A stretch of 30,000 nucleotides of DNA. It comes from Pyrinomonadaceae bacterium (lineage in GTDB: Bacteria > Acidobacteriota > Blastocatellia > Pyrinomonadales > Pyrinomonadaceae). The stretch is from contig DATANL010000550.1 in assembly GCA_036266295.1 (NCBI GenBank), positions 1 to 30,000 on the forward strand, written 5' to 3'. The translations under genes were made by a program, and so were the position numbers. The notes beneath the pieces are model-generated. The model was not told the DNA's origin, did not search any database, and saw only the letters and a list, made by a program, of their open reading frames with translations. Shown piece by piece: positions 10,647-17,759 of this stretch. Position 1 is the first letter of the stretch; each line of letters starts with the position of its first letter.

Positions 10647-10668
10647 CGAGGACGACGTGACTGTGTAT

Positions 10669-10738
10669 TTGACTGGAGCGCAACCGTCTCGGTTGCTCTT
10701 TAGAGAAATGCAAGCGAGGACGCTTGCGCTCCAGTCAA
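10669..10738. repeat. REP doublet, family C (GACTGGAGCGCAA..), copy 1
   Basis: GACTGGAGCGCAACCGTCTCGGTTGC (10671-10696), a 13-nt spacer, then GCAAGCGAGGACGCTTGCGCTCCAGTC (10710-10736). Both arms are identical to the copy at 26684-26752. Confidence 0.92.
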
Positions 10739-10790
10739 GTCGTTCGGGTCATGACACCAAATTAACCAACCGCCCGGGGCGAACACTCTT

Positions 10791-10820
10791 TTGACTTCGA
10801 ATCGTTGCCCGTGGTAATTT
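10791..10820 (+). promoter_or_regulatory. sigma70-type promoter TTGACT-N18-(TGn)TAATTT for the cobalamin riboswitch/btu operon
   Basis: TTGACT at 10791-10796 and extended -10 TG-G-TAATTT at 10812-10820, about 25 nt before riboswitch P1. Confidence 0.65.
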
Positions 10821-10844
10821 TCGCGTCGCTTCAAGTTCTTTCAA

Positions 10845-10973
10845 ACACGTTCTGGTGCCCCGCATAAAAGCGGGGAGAATAGGGAAGCGGGTGAGAATCC
10901 CGCGCGGTCGCGCCACTGTAAATGACTTCGTTGAGTGTCAGCGAAGCAAAGCCAGGAGACCTGCCCGAACGTT
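10845..10973 (+). ncRNA. Cobalamin (B12) riboswitch, compact form
   Basis: Conserved B12-element motifs GGTGCCC...AATAGGGAA, GGTGAGAATCC, GCCACTGTA, and the B12 box AAGCCAGGAGACCTGCC. P1 is ACGTTC/GAACGT. It lies directly upstream of an ABC transporter plus TonB receptor operon. Confidence 0.95.
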
Positions 10974-11039
10974 ACAGCAGCATTCGAACGCCCGCGAAAA
11001 GGTGTTCAGGCCGCACAGGGAATTTCCTTTCAAGGAACA

Positions 11040-11098
11040 ATCCCGTTGCCAGCCTGTCGTCTTCGCGCGGCAGATGAGGTGACGGGATTTTAATTTTT
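11040..11098 (+). terminator. Riboswitch expression-platform hairpin (intrinsic terminator and/or SD-sequestering hairpin)
   Basis: ATCCCGTTGCC (11040-11050) pairs with GGTGACGGGAT (11078-11088), with an inner CTGTCG/CGGCAG stem, followed by TTTAATTTTT. The 3' arm overlaps SD-like GAGGTGA (11076-11082). Confidence 0.75.
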
Positions 11099-11105
11099 AA
11101 GACAC

Positions 11106-11222
11106 AAATTTGGAGTGCGCCGGCAGAGTCCCGATTATATCGGGACGGCGACGGCGCTTTGGATCGCCGGTCCGCTATTCGTGCGAATCCAAAGCGGCGT
11201 CAAGCCGCCGCACTCCAAATTT
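11106..11222. repeat. REP doublet, family D (TTTGGAGTGCGGCGGCTTGACGCCGCTTT), copy 1
   Basis: 14-bp perfect terminal inverted repeat AAATTTGGAGTGCG/CGCACTCCAAATTT. The right arm ATCCAAAGCGGCGTCAAGCCGCCGCACTCCAAA matches the arms at 22972-23061. The left arm carries a nested hairpin. Confidence 0.9.
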
Positions 11223-12118
11223 GCGTGTTCGCAATTCTTTCGCTGCTGATTGTTACGTCGTGTTCGCGCATCCGAAATAACGAACCACAATCAAACGCGC
11301 AGACTCACGAAGTCACGGACGAAGCCGGCCGCCGCGTCCGTATCCCGCAGAAAATAGATCGCATCGTTTCGCTGGCGCCGAATCTCACTGAGATCGTTTA
11401 CGCAGTCGGCGCCGGCGAGCAGTTAGTCGGTGACACTGAATACTGCGACTATCCGCCGCAGGCAAAGAATGTCGCGAAGATCGGCGATACACTTCATCCC
11501 AGCATCGAGCGCATCATCGCGCTCAAGCCACAGATTGTTCTGGTCTCGACCGCTTCGCAACTCGAATCCTTCACCAAACAACTCGACGAACAGCACATCG
11601 CCGTCTACGTTACCGAGCCACAAAATTTGGATGATGCTTTGAAATCAATTCAGACTTTGGGAGATGCGCTCAATCATCACGACAAGGCCACGACATTGGT
11701 TGATGAATTGCGCCGTCGTAGCTCGGCGGTCGAAAACGCGGTCAAAGCTTCCCAGCCGGTTAAAGTTTTCTACCAGGTTTCGGGTGAGCCGCTTTACACG
11801 ATTGGTCGTGAGTCATATTTGACTGATCTCGTGCGCCGCGCCGGCGGCGTCTCAGTTACCGCGGACGTGCCGGGTGCGTTTCCACGTTTCAGCGATGAAG
11901 CCGCGCTGGCGTTGCGGCCGGACGCGGTCATTTTGTCGACTGGCGGCTCGATGGGCGAAGCGAACGCGACGATCGCGCCGTCGCTCAAGAACTCACCGGC
12001 GGTCCTGAATAATCGCGTCTACCGAATCAACGGCGATCTGCTTTCGCGTCCCGGCCCCCGGCTCGTAGACGGACTGGAAGCCATCGCGCGCGCGCTGCAT
12101 CCGGAGGCTTTCCGATGA
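11159..12118 (+). CDS. btuF: Cobalamin ABC transporter substrate-binding lipoprotein (start uncertain: 11087 ATT, 11159 TTG or 11225 GTG)
   Basis: RIVSLAPNLTEIVYAVG, CDYPP, PSIERIIALKP, RPGPRLVDGLE. Lipobox IVTS-C. First gene after the B12 riboswitch. Confidence 0.88.
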   Translation: MDRRSAIRANPKRRQAAALQICVFAILSLLIVTSCSRIRNNEPQSNAQTHEVTDEAGRRVRIPQKIDRIVSLAPNLTEIVYAVGAGEQLVGDTEYCDYPPQAKNVAKIGDTLHPSIERIIALKPQIVLVSTASQLESFTKQLDEQHIAVYVTEPQNLDDALKSIQTLGDALNHHDKATTLVDELRRRSSAVENAVKASQPVKVFYQVSGEPLYTIGRESYLTDLVRRAGGVSVTADVPGAFPRFSDEAALALRPDAVILSTGGSMGEANATIAPSLKNSPAVLNNRVYRINGDLLSRPGPRLVDGLEAIARALHPEAFR

Positions 12119-13131
12119 GGCGAGCACCACTCAGTACGTTCAAGCGGACGATCAGCATCTGCGGGTTGCTGTTATTGGCCCTGCTTGGAATCGTCACCGT
12201 TGCGTCACTGTTCGGCAGTGAGCGTTTGCCGCTACTAAATTCGCTCTGCGCCTTGACCGGCAGAAGCAATTGCGGTTTGTCTGCCGAGCAACAGGCCATC
12301 CTTTATGAAATTCGTTTGCCCCGCGTCTCACTGGCGGGAGTTGTGGGAATGTGTCTGGCGGCCGCCGGCGCGGGTTATCAGTCCCTGTTGCGGAATCCTT
12401 TGGCGGAACCTTATCTGCTCGGCGTTTCGAATGGCGCGGCGGTCGGCACGATGCTGGCGATGGTTTTCTTCGGCGCGCACGAATGGAGCCGGCCGTTGTT
12501 GGCTTTCGGCGGGGCGATCATCGCCAGTGCCGTCGTTTATCAACTCGCGCGAGGTCGCGCGGGCGCGACGCCGGATCGCCTGATTCTCGCCGGAGTGATC
12601 GTCACCACTTTTCTTTCTTCAGCGATTGTTTTTCTGACGGTCTTGATGGATGCCACGCGCATTCGCTCGTTCACGTTTTGGCTGCTGGGCGATTTGTCGG
12701 GCACCAGCGGCCGCTTGCTGACAATGGCTTTGATTGGTGTGGTAATTGGCGTCGTCGTGCTGATGTTCACTGCCCGTTCGCTGAATCTGATGATGCTGGG
12801 CGAGCGTGATGCTTTCGATCTGGGCGTCGAAGTCGGTCGCATTCGCTTGCTGGTGTTTCTGGCTGCGAGTGTCCTGGTCGGCTCGTCAGTCGCCGCGAGC
12901 GGATCGGTTGGTTACGTCGGTCTGGTGGTGCCGCATCTGGTCCGGCTTTCCTTTGGCAGCGACAATCGCATGGTCATTCCTGCTTCCGCGCTGGCGGGCG
13001 CAAGTTTCGTCATCGTGGCGGACACCCTGGCGCGCACGCTGATCGCGCCGCGCGAATTGCCGGTCGGCGCGATCACTGCCCTCATCGGCGCGCCGCTTTT
13101 CATTTACCTGCTGCGGAGAGGATCAAACTGA
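12115..13131 (+). CDS. btuC: Cobalamin ABC transporter permease (FecCD/BtuC family)
   Basis: IRLPRV, QSLLRNPLAEPYLLGVSNGA, FWLLGDL, GYVGLVVPH, ELPVGAITALIGAPLF. ATGA overlap with btuF. Confidence 0.9.
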   Translation: MRRAPLSTFKRTISICGLLLLALLGIVTVASLFGSERLPLLNSLCALTGRSNCGLSAEQQAILYEIRLPRVSLAGVVGMCLAAAGAGYQSLLRNPLAEPYLLGVSNGAAVGTMLAMVFFGAHEWSRPLLAFGGAIIASAVVYQLARGRAGATPDRLILAGVIVTTFLSSAIVFLTVLMDATRIRSFTFWLLGDLSGTSGRLLTMALIGVVIGVVVLMFTARSLNLMMLGERDAFDLGVEVGRIRLLVFLAASVLVGSSVAASGSVGYVGLVVPHLVRLSFGSDNRMVIPASALAGASFVIVADTLARTLIAPRELPVGAITALIGAPLFIYLLRRGSN

Positions 13132-13829
13132 TGGCGAAGAAAACTCTCCTGAGCTGGAGCAGCGGTAAGGACAGCGCCTGGACACTGCACGTGCTGCGAC
13201 AACGGTCCGATGTGGAGGTGGTAGGGCTGATGACCACGATGAAACAGGTCTATCAACGGATCGCGATTCATGCAGTGCGCCTGGAACTGCTGCAACTTCA
13301 AGCGCAGGCAGCCGGCCTGCCTTTGCACTTGATCGATCTTCCGAGTCCCTGCACGAACGCTCAATACGAGCAGGCGATGTCAGGTTTCATCGAGCAGTCG
13401 CAGCGTGACGGAATTGAATGCATCGCGTTCGGCGATCTCTTTCTCGCTGACATCAAGGCTTATCGAGAAGAGAAATTATCAGGGACGGGAATCGCGCCGC
13501 TGTTTCCCATCTGGCAGACGCCGACGGATGTATTGGCGAAGGAAATGATCTCGAGCGGATTGCGCGCGGTCGTGACCTGCGTCGATCCAAAATGTCTCCC
13601 GGCCGGCTTTGCCGGACGCGAGTTCAACGAACAATTGCTGTCGGACCTTCCCAGCGAAGTCGATCCGTGCGGCGAGCGCGGAGAATTTCACACCTTCGCG
13701 TTTGCCGGGCCGATGTTCAATCACCCGGTACCGGTTGCAGTCGGAGAGATTGTCGAGCGCGAAGGTTTTGTTTATGCGGACGTGTTGCCGTCGCCGGCAA
13801 ACAGTTACGAAACTGCGGGTGTCAACTAG
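13131..13829 (+). CDS. DUF71/COG2102 (Dph6/diphthine-ammonia-ligase-like) PP-loop ATPase
   Basis: PP-loop SWSSGKDS, FGDLFLADIKAYRE, FPIW, FAGREF, DPCGERGEFHTF. TGATG overlap with btuC. Confidence 0.92.
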   Translation: MAKKTLLSWSSGKDSAWTLHVLRQRSDVEVVGLMTTMKQVYQRIAIHAVRLELLQLQAQAAGLPLHLIDLPSPCTNAQYEQAMSGFIEQSQRDGIECIAFGDLFLADIKAYREEKLSGTGIAPLFPIWQTPTDVLAKEMISSGLRAVVTCVDPKCLPAGFAGREFNEQLLSDLPSEVDPCGERGEFHTFAFAGPMFNHPVPVAVGEIVEREGFVYADVLPSPANSYETAGVN

Positions 13830-13832
13830 AAG

Positions 13833-14615
13833 ATGCTGGAAGCGCGCCACATTACGATCAAGTTCGAACAGCGCACGGCAGTCGCCGATGTTTCGTTGCG
13901 CGCTGAACCTGGTCAGGTGATCGCAATCATCGGTCCGAATGGCGCGGGCAAGTCGACCTTGTTGCGAGCTTTGAACGGCAGCGTGGGCCTTACGAGTGGC
14001 GAAGTATTTCTGAACGAGAAACCGATTGCGACCTATGCGCGACGCGCGGTCGCGCGGCAGATCGCTGTAGTCGCGCAGGAGTCCGACCTCCGATTTCCCG
14101 TCACGGTGATGGAATTTGTTCTGGGTGGCCGGTACGCATGGGCCAATGCCTGGGGTTGGGAGACCGAACGAGATGTCGAAATCGCGCGCGACGTCTTGCG
14201 CCAGACCGAACTGGAAAACTTTGCGGACCGTTTGATGAACAAACTCTCCGGCGGCGAGCGTCAGCGCGTGATCATGGCGCGCACTTTGGTCACGGAAGCG
14301 AAGACGTTTCTGCTTGATGAACCGACAGCGAACCTCGATCTCGCGCACCAGGCCGCGATGCTCAAACTGGTGCGCAACTGTTGCGATCGCGATCACACGG
14401 CGGCGGTCGTCGTGACTCACGACGTGAATCTGGCGGCCGAGTTTGCCGATCGAGTGGTCCTTTTGAAAAGCGGTCGCGCTATCGCTGCGGGTCGTCCGCA
14501 TGAAGTGTTGACGACAAATTTAATGCACGAGCTTTTTGGTTTGCAGATCCTGGTTGATGCTCATCCGATTTCGGGCGCGCCAAGGATCACCCCCGTACAC
14601 ACAAGACAAGGATGA
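13833..14615 (+). CDS. btuD: Cobalamin ABC transporter ATP-binding protein (BtuD/FecE family)
   Basis: Walker A GPNGAGKST, signature LSGGERQR, Walker B LLDEPT, H-loop VTHD. Confidence 0.9.
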   Translation: MLEARHITIKFEQRTAVADVSLRAEPGQVIAIIGPNGAGKSTLLRALNGSVGLTSGEVFLNEKPIATYARRAVARQIAVVAQESDLRFPVTVMEFVLGGRYAWANAWGWETERDVEIARDVLRQTELENFADRLMNKLSGGERQRVIMARTLVTEAKTFLLDEPTANLDLAHQAAMLKLVRNCCDRDHTAAVVVTHDVNLAAEFADRVVLLKSGRAIAAGRPHEVLTTNLMHELFGLQILVDAHPISGAPRITPVHTRQG

Positions 14616-14638
14616 AAGATGAAGGAGGAAGGATGAAG
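14611..14638. repeat. Heptamer tandem array GATGAAA-GATGAAG-GAGGAAG-GATGAAG
   Basis: Four units at the btuD/TonB-receptor junction. The array contains the btuD stop, an AGGAGG SD and the receptor ATG. Confidence 0.7.
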
Positions 14639-16969
14639 ACTATCCTGATTAGTCTGGCAGTTTTGGTTTTGAGCACGAGCGCCCTGGCGCAGAGCGCCAC
14701 GGACATTCATGGGCGTGTGACTGACCAACGCAAAGCCAGTGTCGCCGGCGCTGAGGTGTCTCTGCGCGCGCGTTCCGGCGCAGAAGTTGTGGCGCTGACC
14801 GATGACAACGGCGAGTACAAATTCAAGGGGCTGGCCGCCAGCGATTACGTCATCGAGGTAAAAGCGAAAGGCTTTGCGGTATTCACTTCAAAGGCGCTGC
14901 ACCTTGAGCGTGGGCAATCAATGTCGAACGACATTGAACTCCTGGTGGAAGCCGTCAACGGCACCGTCGTAATCACGGCCAACGGCACGGCGCAAAGCAC
15001 CGACGAAATCTCAAAGGCGATCAGCGTCCTCAGCGATCAAACCATCGAAGCCAAGCACGAATTGACGCTGGCCGAGAGTGTGCGCGGTCTTCCGGGTGTG
15101 CGCATCCAACAACAAGGTTCCTACGGCACCGTGACGACGATTCGACTCAGAGGCCAGCGCATCTGGGACACCTCGGTGCTTTTGGATGGGGTGCGGGTTC
15201 GCGATTCGTCAGACATCAACGGCGCGGCCGTACCTTTCATCACGGACCTGTTGCCGGTTGATCTCGATCAGGTGGAACTCCTGCGCGGCTCTGGATCGTC
15301 GATCTATGGAACGAACGCGATTGGCGGCGTTATCAATCTGGTGCCGAAGACCGGCCAGGGCAAGCCGGCATTTGAATTTGGATTCGAGGGCGGCAGCCTG
15401 GCTTTATTTCAGGAAAGGATCAAAGGTTCCGGTGGCCTGGGCCAACGCGCGGGCTTCAGCTTTGGCCTCACGCGGCTCGACGTGCGACGCGGCGTCGATG
15501 GCAACGACGAATACAGCAACACCTCCGGGGCCGGCCGGTTTACTTTTGACGCAACACCGGCCATCAAAATCAGCGCGAATTTTTTTGGCACGACTTCGAA
15601 CGCGCGCGTGAACGACAGTCCGTTTCCTCTGCCGGCTGCGTTTACCGCCGGCGCTTTTCCGAAAGCGATCGCCGGCGTGACCTTTCATCCTGATTTCAAT
15701 AATCCCGATCAGGGCCGGCGCAATCGGATTTGGGTCGGCGCCGTCAAGCTGGCCCATGAAGTGAACGACGTGGTTTCATATACGATCGCTTATCAGCACG
15801 TCGGCACGCGGCGGCGAAACTATAACGGACCCAACTTTGATCCGCAGTTCGCGGCTTTGTATCCGTTCGGCGACTTTGCCTTCCAGAGCGTCAATAACGG
15901 CGGCACCGATACGTTTGATGCGCGCGCGAACCTTCGACTAGGCCGGCACAACCTGGCAACCGCCGGTTTTGAATACGAGCACGAATCGATCTTTCAGTCG
16001 TCGACGCCGGCGTTCAGCCCGGTTAACAACACGACGGATAAGCAAACCACCCTGGCGCTCTTTGGACAGGACCAGATTTTTCTGCTCGCGGATCGCCTGC
16101 AGATCTCGTTCGGTGTTCGTGGCCAGTCCTTTCGCATTCGCGCTGCCGACCGACCGGGTTTCCTGGCGGCGGTCACTCCAGACAATGCAATCACCGGCGA
16201 CGGCTCGATTGCCTATTTTATTCGCTCTACCAATACCAAGTTGCGCGCGCACGTGGGCAATGGATTCCGCGCGCCGTCGTTATTCGAGAGGTTCGGGCAG
16301 GGAACTTTCGCGTCGGCCGGCTTCGTCCGATTCGGCGATCCGACGCTAAAGGCCGAGCAATCAATCAGCGTCGACGGCGGCTTCGACCAGTCGGTTGCCA
16401 ATGACCGGGCCCGCTTTGGCGCCACCTATTTCTATACTCACTTGCAGCGGACGATTGGGTTCAAGTCCTTCGCCCTCGATCCGCTTGGCTTGGGACGTTT
16501 CAGTGGTTATCTCAATCTGCCGGGCGGCATCTCGCGCGGGGTCGAGACCTATGCTGAGTTTGTGCCGTGGCGCAACGGCAACGTGCGCACCTCTTACACC
16601 TATACCAATAGCGATCGGTTTACGAGCCCCGGCGGTCTGCAACGCGAATACGTGGTCTCGAAAAACATTTTTGGGTTTGATTTCAGTCAACGATACCGGG
16701 CAATCCAAATCAACTTCGACTTGAACTATACGGGCGATTACATCACGCAGACTTTTGAAAATAACTTTCCGTTCCGAGTCGTCGAGATGACTTTTCCCGG
16801 TTACACGAAGGCGGATCTGTTCGCCAGTTATGAGCGCAGTCTCTCAGACAGGGTTACGTTGGTTCTCTTCGGCGGCGCCAACAACCTGTTTGACGTGAAG
16901 TACTACGAGAGTGGATTTCTGGCGCCTGGGATTACGGCGCGCGGCGGCGTGAACGTGCGGATTCGGTAG
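14633..16969 (+). CDS. btuB: TonB-dependent receptor with N-terminal carboxypeptidase-regulatory-like domain, probable cobalamin receptor (778 aa)
   Basis: Signal MKTILISLAVLVLSTSALA-Q, TonB-box-like TVVITA, plug motifs LPGV, IRLRG, VLLDG, VELLRGSGSSIYGTNAIGGVINL, barrel motifs FRAPSL and NNLFD. The B12 assignment rests on riboswitch-operon context. Confidence 0.85.
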   Translation: MKTILISLAVLVLSTSALAQSATDIHGRVTDQRKASVAGAEVSLRARSGAEVVALTDDNGEYKFKGLAASDYVIEVKAKGFAVFTSKALHLERGQSMSNDIELLVEAVNGTVVITANGTAQSTDEISKAISVLSDQTIEAKHELTLAESVRGLPGVRIQQQGSYGTVTTIRLRGQRIWDTSVLLDGVRVRDSSDINGAAVPFITDLLPVDLDQVELLRGSGSSIYGTNAIGGVINLVPKTGQGKPAFEFGFEGGSLALFQERIKGSGGLGQRAGFSFGLTRLDVRRGVDGNDEYSNTSGAGRFTFDATPAIKISANFFGTTSNARVNDSPFPLPAAFTAGAFPKAIAGVTFHPDFNNPDQGRRNRIWVGAVKLAHEVNDVVSYTIAYQHVGTRRRNYNGPNFDPQFAALYPFGDFAFQSVNNGGTDTFDARANLRLGRHNLATAGFEYEHESIFQSSTPAFSPVNNTTDKQTTLALFGQDQIFLLADRLQISFGVRGQSFRIRAADRPGFLAAVTPDNAITGDGSIAYFIRSTNTKLRAHVGNGFRAPSLFERFGQGTFASAGFVRFGDPTLKAEQSISVDGGFDQSVANDRARFGATYFYTHLQRTIGFKSFALDPLGLGRFSGYLNLPGGISRGVETYAEFVPWRNGNVRTSYTYTNSDRFTSPGGLQREYVVSKNIFGFDFSQRYRAIQINFDLNYTGDYITQTFENNFPFRVVEMTFPGYTKADLFASYERSLSDRVTLVLFGGANNLFDVKYYESGFLAPGITARGGVNVRIR

Positions 16970-17018
16970 ATCAAGACAGGTTCCGCGATGGCAATCTCGC
17001 GAAACTGCCAGTCCTTTC

Positions 17019-17073
17019 TGTAGGGGCAGCTGATGACTGCCCGTGACGGGCAGGGACAAGCCCTGCCCCTACA
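17019..17073. repeat. REP doublet, family B, copy 2
   Basis: TGTAGGGGCAGCTGATGACTGCCCG plus the inverted arm CGGGCAGGGACAAGCCCTGCCCCTACA, whose reverse complement differs from the 6804 arm at one position. Lies between the convergent receptor and DUF4383 genes. Confidence 0.9.
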
Positions 17074-17081
17074 GTGGATGG

Positions 17082-17483
17082 TTAAGCGTCTCGACCGCCC
17101 AGCAAACCGCCGGCGAGGAATACAACTCCCAGCAGACAGTGCACGATGTGATCCATCTTACCGAGCTCCAGAGTTCCCGGAAGCACTGGCCAAAGTTTGC
17201 TGTCTTCCATGTGCATGCCGGCAATCGCCGAAGCGCCGGGATGTCCCATCACAAACCCGACGATTCCCAAGAGCAAATACACTGCGCCAAACACGAGACA
17301 GAAAGTGCGCGCGGCGCTTGGTGAGCCGGCGAATCCCAAATACAAGGCGATTGCGCCGGAGATTAGGTGAACGGCGTTGTGTGCGAGACTTAAGTGTGTG
17401 CCTAAGAATCCCGGCATCACAAATCCGGCGACGCCAACCAGCACAAACACCACGCCCAGAATCTTACATACCAGTTTAGCCAT
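17082..17483 (-). CDS. DUF4383 domain membrane protein
   Basis: LGVVFVLVGVAGF, HNAVHLISGAIAL, FGAVYLLLGIVGF, DHIVH. SD AGGAGG upstream. Confidence 0.85.
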   Translation of the reverse strand: MAKLVCKILGVVFVLVGVAGFVMPGFLGTHLSLAHNAVHLISGAIALYLGFAGSPSAARTFCLVFGAVYLLLGIVGFVMGHPGASAIAGMHMEDSKLWPVLPGTLELGKMDHIVHCLLGVVFLAGGLLGGRDA

Positions 17484-17558
17484 TGATCGTCTTCCTCCTG
17501 TGAACCGTTATGGGGCCATCAATACAACGATGCCGTCTCTACCAAAGGGGGGTTACCC

Positions 17559-17592
17559 TATTGTCGGCAAGACTTACTGTGAGCCGACAATA
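17559..17592. repeat. Perfect 10-bp inverted repeat TATTGTCGGC-N14-GCCGACAATA in a divergent intergenic region
   Basis: Direct reading of the sequence. Confidence 0.6.
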
Positions 17593-17713
17593 ATCAATGT
17601 TCTATATACGTTGTCCCTGGAACTGGTGGATTGTACCTCAACGAAACAAAATAATGACAACCTTTTTGGATTAAACGTGCTGATCGACGTTTTAATCTTC
17701 AAAGTACCGAGAG

Positions 17714-17719
17714 TATAAT
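17714..17719 (+). promoter_or_regulatory. -10 box TATAAT upstream of the VWA gene
   Basis: Consensus TATAAT 40 nt before ATG 17760, which has SD AAGGGGG. No clear -35. Confidence 0.5.
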
Positions 17720-17759
17720 GCGGTCCACAATCAAATATAGTTTCAAGGGGGTAGCGACC

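Noticed and set aside
13131-13829. Annotation as a true diphthine-ammonia ligase
   Set aside because: Bacteria lack diphthamide on EF-G, and the context points to B12.
11159-16969. Siderophore or heme uptake assignment for the ABC/TonB operon
   Set aside because: The protein families alone are ambiguous, but the clear cobalamin riboswitch and the DUF71 gene favour corrinoid uptake.
16989-17010. TGGCA...TGCCA hairpin after the TonB receptor as a terminator
   Set aside because: Only 5 clean base pairs. The adjacent REP doublet is the more likely 3'-end structure.
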